From contig NMRA01000292.1 of assembly GCA_002633005.1 (NCBI GenBank), positions 395,328 to 459,327 on the forward strand: a stretch of DNA of 64,000 bases, read 5' to 3'. The translations under genes were made by a program, and so were the position numbers. Under the pieces are notes generated by a model, which saw only the letters and a program-made list of their open reading frames with translations, was not told where the DNA came from and made no database searches. This DNA is from Phoronis australis. Lineage: Eukaryota > Animalia > Phoronida. How positions within the stretch are numbered: position 1 is the stretch's first letter; every line of letters starts with the position of its first letter. Below, piece by piece: positions 1 through 12,545 of the stretch.

Positions 1-1789
1 TCCCGTCGATCTGGAACAATTATCCACGTAATGTTTACCGTGAATGGTAGAATATATTCTTGCAAACTGATAAAAATCAATTATTGCTCGTTTTTGTATT
101 AAGCTGTGAAGTCAAAACCTCAGAAAATTTCATAAAGCCATCATATGTCAACACAAAATCTTTATTTATGAGGGGATTCCACAGCGTGACATCAAACACT
201 TGAAATTGGCTTTGTTAAATTTTATGGGTTATCAGCTCCCTATTATATGAAGAACACTTTGCTTGACACTGTTTTGCGAGTGGTAGCAGTGGATATTCCT
301 AAAGTATAAGCTTTTTCAATGAAAGCAAAAGATTTACTTGAGCAAATCTTGCAAATTTAGCGTATGACAAACTTGAATACGTAATACTAAAATGGTTCCA
401 CGAATGTTGACTTTTGACAGCCAGTCACCAGTTTGGGGAGACTGGTTCGCCAATCAGTTGGCTCACCTAGAACTGTCAAACATTAAGTCGTTCAAACCGA
501 CGACAGTGCGTGATTCCCGCTTGAAAGTATTTCGGTAAAGAGGCAATTTACGAGAGAGAGGTAAGCAGAAAAAATATCAAAAGCAGAAATTGTCGCTTGG
601 CTTTGATTTCGATGATCATACCTTGTCCGTCTGAAAATACAACACGTGGTTACATATGAAGATATTCTGACCGGACCTAAGAACACAGTAGTTTGGGCTT
701 ACGAAGTAAATGTTTTACCTACCGTTATGCTGTCAAAAGTTAGCACCACTCTGTATGGTTTGGGCACTGTTATATTCCATGTGCAGTCCGAATTTGACTT
801 GTAGTTTTCTGAAACAATGCCATGATAGTTTGATTATCTCATGTAGAACTTCACTATTCCTTTGACTAACTCCCGTTACTTTCTTAACTTGACTTTTCAA
901 GGACTTCCAGAAATCGAAAGTCTGCGGAAAACCACCGACGTGCAAAGACACCATCCTGTGGATCATATCGTCACATGGGCTCGAACGAGCCACCCAATTT
1001 GGCGAATTGGGCAAAAAGGTCCGCCTCAGCGAAACAAAAATTCCAAGTAAACGAGACAAAAGTCCACAAAGTCCACAGGAATTCTGCGCGGATGCACAAT
1101 TCGTAGGCCTGAACCTAGTGGCTCGCTTTTTTGTTTTTTCTTTAGCCCTCGTTGTCTTTTGTCAGTAAAAGGTCAATATACCAAAAAATTCGAGCCCCCC
1201 AATATTTTAGTCTGGGTGCGCGCATGCGCCACCTGGTTGTAATACAACTACTGGCAGCCTGTTGTGCACCGATATTTCCGCAAATGTCCAGGCATGGACA
1301 GGTGCAAGGGCAAATGTGTTTCAATGCTTCTATGTTGTTATAATTTGTAATAACATATACTCAAAAGCAACTCGTTCGGTGTCAATGTCATGATTGAATG
1401 TAAGATTGAAATAGCACGTTATTATTTGCATTCGTTTGAAATAAGCTATCATGAGTGTACAGTTTTTAAAGAGCGAGGCGTACGTGACTTTTTTGGCGAG
1501 AAATGTTAAGGAAGCAAAAAGTGACGTCACAACTCGTTACACTGGACGTCACTATCCTACCCTAAGACTAAAATGTGCGAAACCCAGTTTCGTTCGAGTA
1601 TACATCCTCTGTCATTCCATACAATGTGCATATGAGGAATCGCTTTAACTTTTTTAAAGTACTTTATTAACAGGATACTAAACCCTTTTTCAAAGATTGC
1701 CCAGAACTTGTTGTGTCACCTGCCATTATGTGATGCAATTAAAACTTGAAAGACACGAACGTTTTTTTGCAGAGCCGCAGTAGTCGCTT

Positions 1790-1960
1790 TCACATTCTCA
1801 TTCATTCTCTTGCATACATTCACAAGCAAGACCGAGCTCAGATGAGTAGGAGACACCTTTGTGCAATGCTCGATTCTTTGGTAAGCCTGTGAAGCCGGGA
1901 TTCGAACCCAGGTCTCCCAAACAGGAGTCCAGAGCTCAAACCACTGTGTAACACTGCGCT
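1790..1960 (-). mobile_element. tRNA-derived SINE fragment
   Basis: Minus strand reads CAGTGGTT (A-box-like) ... GGGTTCGAATCCCGG (B box), followed by a non-tRNA body; boundaries approximate. Confidence 0.6.
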
Positions 1961-2333
1961 GTGAACGACCGTCAAAGATACAGAGAGCTCGAATTTCTTT
2001 GAAAATTATTCATCGTGAACATTGTTTGTATACAAGAGGGACTGTTGCCAAATTATTCTAATTCACCAGTGTGTAACAAGCTGGATCTGTGGCTTCGGGC
2101 ACAGACGTCGACTTGCTCGTACAACGCTCTTCTCACGGTATGCCAAGTTGGCAGATCTTTACAGATTTCAAACGTGTTCCAAACCTTTGAGAAATAGCGA
2201 GGGTTACACAGCAATATTTCGGCAACGTTCATATTTGCTACAAGGCTAAAACAGAGTTTGGTGCCCTTTTAATTTTTTTCAGGTAAACGTGAGAGTATGT
2301 GATTCCTGACAAATCCTGACACTGATTGCTTAC

Positions 2334-2553
2334 TTTGGTAGCTAGACTGAATGATGCCCTCGTCCCCAAACACATCTTTGTGACCTTGGCAGAAATCAAC
2401 GTTGTCGTGACAAAATACAGCAGCATCCTTGTCATGATTTTCGCCACATTTAGTCAGTCCAAAACTTAATTCAGTCGGACAATCGAACATACTGAAACCC
2501 GACTCTGGCGAAGGACATTCGGTATTCGTGAACTGCATATATCGTCCGGTTAC
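2334..2553 (-). CDS. Multi-SRCR receptor exon: SRCR7 second half and start of a CUB-like domain
   Basis: VTGRYMQFTNTEC..FDC..CGENHDKDAAVFC, then CQGHKDVFGDEGIIQS (C-x-G...G-x-I-x-S, CUB-like start); strong donor A|gtaagc; weak acceptor aaatag. Confidence 0.8.
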
Positions 2554-3359
2554 CTATTTTCGTCAGGCTCCAAAGTTCGTCCGCCATCTTGTTTCGCGTG
2601 CAGCGCAACCACGCGGGACTTAGCGTTCCAATTTGGAGTTCTCGTCTGCACGTTAGGTACTAACTTATCGGAAGAGACACGTATCAAAGTAATGAGACAA
2701 AAATCGGTGAGTTTACCGATTGTTTTTTAAAACCACTTAAAAATCAGTAGATTTTACTAATACACTTTTTTGTGCGTTTTCAGAAGATGTTTTCGAATTT
2801 AAATTTTCTTCCGACGGGACACAAAACATGATCCAGGGTTTGTTTATGCAATGTATCTGTTTGTCCCAGGCACTAGTAGGATCTAGAAGGCCAAAGGAAA
2901 AATCCGCAGACAAATGCGATACGCTGGGTTCTTAACATTTTTGCCTCACGTTCACCATTAAACTGCATTGAAATGTTGTCCAATTGGCTTTTATTGGAAA
3001 CCACAGTGCAGAGCTCAACATCAAAGCTTCAAATCGAGTTTATGTCAATAAAAACAGGCTGTTGCAATTTTCATTACTTCGTTGGCCTTTTTCTGCATGT
3101 TTCTCAGTTTTTACAAAAGGGGGCAGCATATGACGAACTTAGGTGTCACAATAAAATGGCTGCCGAAGGCAGTGCACATTTGAAATAACTCGGCACAAAT
3201 TAAAGAAAACTTCCGAATCGATGAATGCGGTATATCTGTGAGAGTTAAATCGAATCCTATTCAGATCATAACTTTGAAGTGGAATAATTCGGTGAGTACA
3301 ACAGCAAGTCGGTTTTATGCTTAGGCGGACGAACATTGGGCTCCCCAGTATATATAGGT
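2552..3359. mobile_element. Non-autonomous TIR element inserted in SRCR7 coding sequence
   Basis: Termini ACCTAT...ATAGGT; perfect 11-bp inverted core GTTCGTCCGCC (2575-2585) / GGCGGACGAAC (3324-3334); exact removal rejoins the SRCR frame. Confidence 0.65.
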
Positions 3360-3561
3360 CGTGTCTCCATGTCTGTTGAGCTACGAGTATATTTGAAGTG
3401 CGTTGCGTAATCGTAATGGTAACCAAATTCACGGCAGAGAGCACCTGCGTGGTACCCTTTCCAGTTGGTGTTACAGACAGTTCCCAAATGGCCAGCAAAG
3501 TCCAGTTCGACGTAGCCGTAGTTGGATCGTCCACCTCTCAGTCGATACTCTTGGAAGTATT
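3335..3561 (-). CDS. Multi-SRCR receptor exon: SRCR7 first half (3' boundary inferred)
   Basis: aaacag| acceptor, phase 1; YRLRGGRSNYGYVELDFAGHLGTVCNTNW..ALCREFGY; the first phase-0 donor candidate (AAT|gttcgt) lies inside the TIR of an inserted element. Confidence 0.8.
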
Positions 3562-3648
3562 CTGTTTGATAATAAGTACAATTGAAATATCAACCATGTT
3601 GAGTTAAGCTGTCGCATGACTACCACAACCTGACCGCTTACACCAATT

Positions 3649-3791
3649 CATGGGCGGCGCTTCATGGGAGGTTGGGGGGCTATAGCCCTACCACATTTTT
3701 CAGTGCTACGCCGTACATTGTCTATGGGCGCTGCACCACATGGGGGCTGTCGGCTATAGCCCCCACTTTTTACAGTGCTGCGCCGCCTATG
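3649..3791. mobile_element. Small GC-rich MITE (hAT-like CA...TG ends); related end at ~39760
   Basis: CATGGGCGGCGC...GCGCCGCCTATG inverted ends; internal GGCTATAGCCC duplicated and also present at 39760-39810. Confidence 0.55.
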
Positions 3792-5038
3792 ACCATACGT
3801 TGAATATTAAGATAGGAATGCTTTCTTTTAGATGAATAGCAATGACTGAATAACGGCGAAGCAAGGAAACACTTCACTCTTGACCACAAGTAGTGTGCTT
3901 GAAAAGCACCTAATTGGTATTTCCGCTTACAGAGGAAGCATGTTCGTAACGAAATGTCTCTACAATTATGGGGATATTGTTACTTTCATGGCTGAAAAAC
4001 GTATTTCATACTCAATAGAAGAACTAAGGAGTCAAACGAATGGGAAAGTTCGATGGCATGTTTGTGACAGGTTCAGTTGTCAAACTAGCCCGAGGGAAGA
4101 ACGATTTATTTGTGGTAAATCTCACCTAAGTCTTGTAGGATCAAATAATTACAGTATAAAATTTTCACAGTTAACAAAATCCTCTGTTACATTATGAACG
4201 CATTCGACTAACTTTAATTATAAAGCAATTTAAAGAAGTTACTGGTCAGTCGTATCTACGGGGAATAGCTACGTGTTACAAGAAACATATGCGAGAGGCC
4301 TTGAACGATTTTAATTTAAATTTGCCCATGTTTGAGTTTAACGCAAGCAGATTGTTTACCAAAATGATATTTTAAGCTGATCTTAAAAACTCATGTTGCA
4401 TTTTAGTTGGAAGCCGTGGTGATCAGAGTCGTACCTCTGGACTTTGGTGTTCGGGATCATATGCTATAGATTTCATCAATATACGTCAAAACGCACCGAG
4501 CCATTAATAGTTAATTAATACTAATAAAATTGTTTGTGAAATTGGATGTTTAAGAGTTGAATGACATACAGATTTTTATCGAATTTCAATCTGAACAAAA
4601 GTTTGTTGAAACACCAGTTTCTTACAAGATGTGCTTATACTTAGCAAAAACTATTGATAATGTTTAAGTACATGAACGTTTTTGAAAATGCATAAACATG
4701 CATGGTTTATTGTATTCATATGACTTATTTGTTTTTATTAGATTGGCATGTTTTATCTGCTTTAGCTTGGTGCTTTCGTCGGCCCCCTTTGCTTACACGT
4801 TCAGTTCTTGTAGCCTGCAGTTAGTTACTTCGTTTTTGAAAAGCGACACCATGCCGTCCGGGTGGCCTCAAACGAAAAGACAACGCCGTCAACGGCAACA
4901 ACGCCTCAAAACGAAAGTCATCATGCTGCATTTTAGACAAGCAGAGGAAACAAGGATTAGTTTAATAATATTTGGTATTTTTTGAATGACAAATAATCAA
5001 CTTAATATCTTTATCAGTTATTAAATACAATATTTCAC

Positions 5039-5229
5039 CGTCCGAGGTTGTGCAGAAAACGGCTGCGTCACTGAACGTCTTATGCGTTTGACAGGCATCA
5101 TGTCCACCAAAACCATCATGGCTGCAGTTATGGATGCTCGACTCATTTCCATCGCATCTCAGCTTGTTCATCCAGTTGATCATGTAATTTAGCGGGTCTT
5201 CAAAGTACTTAGCAGCGCCTGTTTTGTAC
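5039..5229 (-). CDS. Multi-SRCR receptor exon: SRCR6 second half
   Basis: aattag|G...G|gtgaaa; phase 2 to 1; YKTGAAKYF...WMNKLRCDGNESSIHNCSH...DAAVFC. Confidence 0.9.
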
Positions 5230-5446
5230 CTAATTGGTAATTCAAAAGGCCGTTAGTAAACGATATTAATTAACTAACACCTGCAAACTCAAAAAAGTGT
5301 TCGATTAATGCAGATTGACATAGATTGTTCATCTAAGACATTGGTTCATTAAAAATACGAAATCAGTTTCATTAAGAACATTTTGACTCAAGCACGGTTC
5401 TCAGTCAAAAAACATTTCCAGCCAAGAGGAGGCAAGAAGAAATTAA

Positions 5447-7574
5447 AGGAGAATGCCACTCAAGAAGCAACATATTTTATCAGTTTAGATCGAGTAGTTC
5501 CACTCGATAACAGCAAGTACAGTTCTTTTACCTGACACCCGACGCCAGACGGAGGTGTTGAAATTAACCAATGACGTCACAGGATCGAACGCAGTCTGTT
5601 CAGCAGTTCACAACATGCTTACTGGTGTCAGCTTGTCGCTTGAATTCATCGTTTTACGTCAATAAATCATCAAAATTCGATGTAAAATCTTTAGAAATTC
5701 ATCGAGTTCTTGAACAAATGTGTTGTTTTATTTCGCTGTTACGGATTTATAGGTATTTGAACGTACCGTAGCCTAAGTTCGGTAGGCAAACTTACCAAGG
5801 TCGGTCGCGGGAGTTTGGGGTCCGTTTGGTGATCAATTCGAATTATTATTCCGTAAAATACAGATAGGAGAACATATCTGTGTGTTGTAATTTTCGACTT
5901 GCGATTTTTTTCAGTTCTAAACACACAAAACAATTGTTATCCCGTCCAGTGTCTATGAACCCAATCAGGCCCGTCGCGACCGGACTGAAGACATTACGAA
6001 CATAAACCAGCCAAAGCTGGAAATTAAACTTGCACTCACGAAAATACTATACTAGAGAGCGAAAGAAATAATGTGCAAGTGATCAGTTTGGTGAATTAGC
6101 CCCGAAACTGCAAATCTACTTACTCGTCGGGGGTCACGAAGTCAGGTTTCCCTTTCCGTAGAACCGTCAGGTCAAAAGTTGTACAGTAACAATGCTTCAA
6201 ATAATGTATATGTATGTCTGAATAAAGATTCCCCTATCACTTGACCATAGGATATAAAATCGAGTTATTGTTTCACAATAGCTTTCTGTTAGCAAACACT
6301 GAACTAGCATGCGCTCACACGGCCTCGGTGCCCGGTCAATTAGCTTTATTGCATCTAAAGCCAGTAACGCAGCGATTTATTAATTGCTGGCTTCTCAAAA
6401 TATTTGCACTCACGAACACTCCAAAGGCATTACAAACTGTATCTAATGAGACAGACTTTGTTTCATTTTTATATAAGTAAGCATTATTCATGGTGAGAAT
6501 AATTCATTTTGAAACCGTTAGAAAGCACAATATAATAAACGTCAACCTGTCAACTTAAAATCCCGACTTAGACGAGTGCTCATCCGAAGAAGACTTCACA
6601 GGTCGATCGTTAGGTTTCACAAGCTATCAGTTCGAACCGGAATACACTGATCAAGAAATACTAGAGAGGGGCCGTGAACGTGCACAGACAACGGAACATA
6701 TGCATAGTTCCGAAAACTGTTTGAATGATTTGTCATGGCGTCAGTGCGCTAGCTGCACGATAATGGAAACGACTGACGCTTGCGCTTGTTGCCACGGAAT
6801 TCCGCAAGTGAAACGCCTTCTTGTAAACGTGCAGATGTGTCTCCTCGTGATTTTGCACCGCATCTAAACAGAGGTGTGCTTACGACGTTTTTAGGGCTGG
6901 AAAAAACTAGCGAAAACATATCCACCCAGAGGACCAAACAGAAGCCTGACGAACGAGTAAGTCATCAAACAGGTTATATAAAACGTTATGTTCTCATGTC
7001 TTGAATTAAATGCAATTGTTTATGTTTTCATGGCCAACTTCAATTATCCACAATCAAAAACTGACCAACAACTTATCCGCGTTTCTTTGTCTCCTGTCTG
7101 CCGAATGCAATCACACTAGGCGCAGCATCTAACTTCAGCCTCAGTCTCTTTTTCTGCCCTGGCATGAGCTGCTTGGTAAGCCAGCATTCGTCAGTGAAAT
7201 CACTGTCGACAAAATGCGGGCTACAGACGCAGAGATGTTTCACTGCCTCGAACTTTGTATTAACGGCGTACGTTTCATTTTTCATTGCCGCAAGCCACTT
7301 CCGAAGCATTACGGGCTCTCGATGAAATCGAAAAAAACGAAAAACCCGCTTTCCTCGCAACTTCATACTTCGCACAAGCGGGAACGATACACCACACCAT
7401 AGCGGCACTCACTCTGCAGAAGAACCACTGACGTTGCTGCGTCGTTTCTCAACATCCTAACGGGTTAACGTGACAACTCTCGGCGATGCTTAGTTTGACC
7501 GTATACGAGGTGATGTGGATATAGACCGATTAAGAAGGTAAAAAAAAACTAATTAAATCGGGAGGCATTCTCCT
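5447..7574 (-). mobile_element. Kolobok-type non-autonomous DNA transposon carrying a THAP domain
   Basis: TTAA|AGGAGAATGCC...GGCATTCTCCT|TTAA (perfect 11-bp TIR, TTAA TSD, RR start); ORF 7073-7408 has THAP motifs (LRKW, VCSPHF, L-K-x-D-A-x-P-S). Confidence 0.85.
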
Positions 7575-7846
7575 TTAAGTGAATTATTTTCCATAATTCA
7601 GGAATCCTATCCCATGATTCATTAGTCCAAACCATGAGCCATGTGTACGCCATTTTTGTAGATTACACTACAACGTTTCGAGCATACTTGCAAACCACTC
7701 GCCTTTCACTTACCGTGTCTAGAGTGATAATGCGTTTTCACAAAACCCTCTGACTGGCGTTTTCCGAATTCTGTCCCGAAACCTACACGCCAGGATGCAC
7801 AATTATCAAGTTTTGTCTGTCCATAATTGTCCACATACCCACGTAC

Positions 7847-7991
7847 CCTGCTTCTCTGCACACGACCTGAGCGTCTTTGTCGTAAAACTCATTGGAGCAG
7901 ATGGTCCCATTCAAACCTGCATAATCGACCGTCACAACACCAAATGCCTGTCCAGGAAACTCCCATCCTTTCTGTATTGTCACGCGCCAGT
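7847..7991 (-). CDS. Multi-SRCR receptor exon: SRCR6 first half
   Basis: ttgcag|...GG|gtacgt; phase 1 to 2; WRVTIQKGWEFPGQAFGVVTVDYAGLNGTICSNEFYDKDAQVVCREAG. Confidence 0.9.
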
Positions 7992-8305
7992 CTGCAATGG
8001 ATACAACTTACAAGAACTAGTTCTTACAATTCTCCTTTGCAACATAGACTCGAAACTTAACAGCAAACAAGAATATGCAGATAATGGGCAAAACAGAGAA
8101 ACCTCATGGAGCAGGATATGAGCCGAATTTTGCACATCAGCCAGTTTCCTTTGAGGTCCCGACAATGACGTTTAGTTGGTGCACGTGCTTTTTAGCGTAA
8201 AATGGATCGCTTCGCGTAGTCCGTCGACTATAGTAACCGGCAATTGACCTATCGCAAGCTCCACCCCTATGCGAAAAGTCACGTGATACCCGACATTCGA
8301 ACGAG

Positions 8306-8571
8306 ATGTCAGAGGCAAATACACTGTCGCTAAACGACGTTCCTGGTGGAACCGATGAGTGTTTTTGCACTATTTGAAAACGCTTCGACAGAGACAAGAG
8401 GCGATGCTTTTCAATAGAGAATCGTACGTTCATGATATGGGAATTTGTAAAGGTGACGATGAAAAAATGGCTCGAGAAGCCAGCGAAAATCCGAAGAACC
8501 CCTCTGCCTCGGGGCCACCTTCACCTGGCAAATGACAAGGCCACTGATACGATATGTTCATGTAAAGCTGG
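8306..8571 (+). pseudogene. Degenerate SWIM zinc-finger protein of the type paired with YqaJ in ISL2EU-like transposons
   Basis: Across frameshifts: TLSLNDVP...ESYVHD...SQRKSEEP...ICSCKAG, ending at a gtatgt donor. Confidence 0.5.
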
Positions 8572-8945
8572 GTATGTACCTTAAAGTCGAATTATCTGTA
8601 CGATTCCATAGATTTCATGATCTTTCTAATAAAATCAGTGAAGATTCACCGATATTTTTATTCTGTCGTCTGCTAAATTTCGCCAAATAAAAAGTAGGTC
8701 ACAACTGGTGGGACTCCCGGAGTAAAGTAGGTCATAGATTACAGACAACACATGCACTATAGTCTCTGACTAGGTCGACTCGACAGCACTGTTTACGCTT
8801 TTCTAATCTTGTAACGAAATATTTTGATCAAAAAAATTCAGGTTCATAGCTCATGTACACATTCATCTCGTCCTAGGCAAACAGTTAGCTCCGGCGGGGT
8901 AGGTCTAGGGCTGTGTCTAAGTCAGTCAAGTTAATGTCTGGAACT

Positions 8946-9268
8946 CAGTGGCGGATCTAGGATACCACAAGGGGGCTCCAACGTGTTGCTTCGTGGAATT
9001 GGGGAAAGTGCAATTGTATGTACACAGGCGGCCCAAAAGTTGCAGGGGACTGGGATGCAGACCTTTGGACCTTCTGTTCAGAAAATCTATAGGTGGACTA
9101 AAAAAAACAGGAACATGATTCCGCCGCGATCTGGGGTCTGAGCCCCCCCTCTTCCGCTACCGGTCCTAGTTACTGAACTCAATATTTCCTCACGCTTCAC
9201 GCTCTTGCTGTTTCATTTTGCTTGCGGGGGGGCTGGAGCCCCTGCCCCCCCCCCTAAATCCGCCTATG
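8946..9268. mobile_element. GC-rich MITE (CAGTGGCGGAT...ATCCGCCTATG); related left end at ~47252
   Basis: Imperfect inverted ends; the start CAGTGGCGGATCTAGGATACCA recurs at ~47252. Confidence 0.6.
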
Positions 9269-9919
9269 GAATTGTCAGTTTGCAACATTAAGACATTTAA
9301 ACTAGGCCTACCTTCTTACGAACCTTGCATTTTTTGTAGTTTCATTCCATAAAGGTAACTTTCATTTAATTTTGAAGGTAGCATAATTACTAAGTCGTGG
9401 TGTGGTTACAACTTGAAAGATTACAAAAGTCTGGTGTGGTAGTTGCAAGAATAGGGTATTTACAAAAATAACTCAAATTCTTTTTTAAAGCTTCATAAAT
9501 CTAAATATCATGTCTGAACAACTTCAAAATGAGCTCTGTTTAACTCTACAGACATAGTGTATACTAGAGGTACACGTCAAAAAGTAATTCAACAATTTAT
9601 GTTTAGTGACAACAGCTCGACCAAGGAAGTAATCCAGTGCCCTCGATCCCTGTGCAGATCGAATCTCTGAATTTTGACCGGGAGAGAAGTTCATTTGAAC
9701 GCCAGCCTACGGGTTTATGAATAACAAAAACGTACCTCTGTTAGGTTGAAATAAATAAAAAAATTAAATGAAAATGTCCTTGAAAACAACAATTTCCGGG
9801 GACTATACCGCTAGAGTGCTGAGATCCAGCAGGTGTCGCGACAAAGGCGGCCAGACGTAGGAAACTCGGGAGTCACAATCTGAGATAGCCCTTCACCATA
9901 GTCACCAAGCTGAAAAGTG

Positions 9920-10139
9920 CGTATCTTGGATCTAATATATTTGTGTTTATTATAGCCTTCGAGTTATCAAGCAACATCGCTAAGTTCAGCTGCTCGTGTG
10001 GCCGTACAGTTTGATCCATAGTTTACGCTTTTCAACATCATTTTTCGGCTTAGGACATGCTAAAAATGACGGGATATTATTCGGGAGCAGCATAACGGCT
10101 GTCGGTGCTACACACGCCATATCAACACCGTTTCCCCAT
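9920..10139 (-). pseudogene. Degenerate ISL2EU-type THAP domain (transposase N-terminus)
   Basis: MGKRC*YGVCSTDSRY...PKPKNDVEKRKLWIKL..RPHEQLN, with stops and frameshifts. Confidence 0.55.
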
Positions 10140-11832
10140 TCTTAGCGGACAATTTCTTGAGCTATAGACTAAAGTAAGTTTTACTCGACTACGTGTGGTT
10201 TGTCTGGTATAAAAGCGGCTTGGAAACACAGACGAAGGTGTGCCAAGAATGCTTGGTTCTGATTGGTCAATTAAGCCGTCGTCATAATCCTGGCGATAGG
10301 TCAATTCCGTGGGTGGCATATTTTCAATACATCATGTAAGTCCTGTGCAATAGCCAGATCGACTTCTCGCTGGTGTCATAATATTGCAGTATCCTCTAGG
10401 ACTCTACCAGTATCTATGGACTATAATGATATACTCTATGTTCAAATCATGTTTCCTGTACTAGAGAGCTCACTCTCTCCTGCCCCTCTCTTCCGGTCTG
10501 AGCCATATTGGAATACACCACATGTACACTGATGCTAGTTAATCTTTGTTTATCTGATACCAATTACAACCATCCATAATATAACAGCTGGTTCCTCCCC
10601 ATCGTGTCTGGTAACAGGTACAGAATACGAGGTATAATTCAGTAGCACGCGTTTTGTCACTGATTAGTGTAACCTCGGCAATCATTGTTTACCTTTACAA
10701 CAAAGAAAGAAAATGTCGGACAGTGAATGATACTTAGCCTCGTCACGCAAGTAGCGTGACAGCAAATATTTTGTTTCTGCAGTGATGTTTAATAGCCGCG
10801 TGCTTGAAGCACATACAATGAACACACATCTGGGCGATGATTATAACAGAAGCAAAAGACATTAAATAATTAAATTCACAAGTAATAATCGTTTCGCATA
10901 CCTGACACGTCTAGAGTTCTATGGACAAACAAGGGCCGCAAGTAATGAAGAATTTCTGAGCGAATGACTTGGCAATAAGAGGCCATTGAGAATTCAACGA
11001 CGACAAAACGATTTTTTTTCGTGTGTCATTTGTAAGCATGGAAAATTGTCGCAAAAATATCATTTTCAGGAAATTTAGGATATGGTCACCCAAAAGGTGT
11101 TTGGCCTTTTCTTTCTGATAATATCTGTTACTGGAAAGAACTGAACAAAGGAATGAATGGGTACGAATATCATTTTTATCACCAAATGCTTCAACACAGA
11201 TTTGTGTTTTCAAATTTCACCAACAGCCACACATTCCGTCGCTTGTGTTCCTCCCACGTCTTGTTCTTTTTCATGTTGCAATGCCCTATAAAAGCGTCCA
11301 TATTAGGCTTACTTCGGAACATCACATCTCAGAAACAGCTGACTGGATTCACACGACACTTTCAAATAAATATAGGAAAACTAATGCCATATCTTGTCGA
11401 GAACTCAATTCATCTGGGAATATACGAATTTATCTCCATCGCGGCCGATGTCTTGTTGAGTTGTTGTTATAACACGTCATATATGTGCTAAGCGTCTTGA
11501 ATGTATGTTTGAAACGCCTCAAATGAAGAAGACCAATTATAGACCGGGATCCCAGAGCTTTTTTGGGCATGAAAAGGTAACCAATTCTCTTTGGTGCCAC
11601 AGTGCTCTATGGGTATCCTGATGCTTGGAAATGGCCGTCTGGCAGGTTCGCTCTGGTGGGTGTGGTCAGGGGAGCCAAGAGAATTGCACTAAAAAATTGA
11701 GCTAGATCAACATTTCTGGTAACCACTTAAAACTGCCTTCAATACCTGCTACGTCATCCATTGTATCAAAATTGGTCACTGCCAGACAATTTCAGTGGTG
11801 GGGAGTACCCGCCAGACGAACATATACAGGGT

Positions 11833-12545
11833 NNNNNNNNNNNNNNNNNNNNNNNNNNNNNNNNNNNNNNNNNNNNNNNNNNNNNNNNNNNNNNNNNNNN
11901 NNNNNNNNNNNNNNNNNNNNNNNNNNNNNNNNNNNNNNNNNNNNNNNNNNNNNNNNNNNNNNNNNNNNNNNNNNNNNNNNNNNNNNNNNNNNNNNNNNNN
12001 NNNNNNNNNNNNNNNNNNNNNNNNNNNNNNNNNNNNNNNNNNNNNNNNNNNNNNNNNNNNNNNNNNNNNNNNNNNNNNNNNNNNNNNNNNNNNNNNNNNN
12101 NNNNNNNNNNNNNNNNNNNNNNNNNNNNNNNNNNNNNNNNNNNNNNNNNNNNNNNNNNNNNNNNNNNNNNNNNNNNNNNNNNNNNNNNNNNNNNNNNNNN
12201 NNNNNNNNNNNNNNNNNNNNNNNNNNNNNNNNNNNNNNNNNNNNNNNNNNNNNNNNNNNNNNNNNNNNNNNNNNNNNNNNNNNNNNNNNNNNNNNNNNNN
12301 NNNNNNNNNNNNNNNNNNNNNNNNNNNNNNNNNNNNNNNNNNNNNNNNNNNNNNNNNNNNNNNNNNNNNNNNNNNNNNNNNNNNNNNNNNNNNNNNNNNN
12401 NNNNNNNNNNNNNNNNNNNNNNNNNNNNNNNNNNNNNNNNNNNNNNNNNNNNNNNNNNNNNNNNNNNNNNNNNNNNNNNNNNNNNNNNNNNNNNNNNNNN
12501 NNNNNNNNNNNNNNNNNNNNNNNNNNNNNNNNNNNNNNNNNNNNN
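11833..12545. other. Assembly gap (N run)
   Basis: Run of n; falls where the repetitive left TIR should continue. Confidence 1.

Noticed and set aside
1890-1960. Possible tRNA gene (GGTTCGAATCC)
   Set aside because: The acceptor and anticodon stems do not pair cleanly and it continues into a non-tRNA body; treated as a SINE head.
10900-11530. Possible decayed MULE/ZSWIM-like coding remnant on the minus strand
   Set aside because: Only faint motif resemblance across many stops; not supportable without a profile search.
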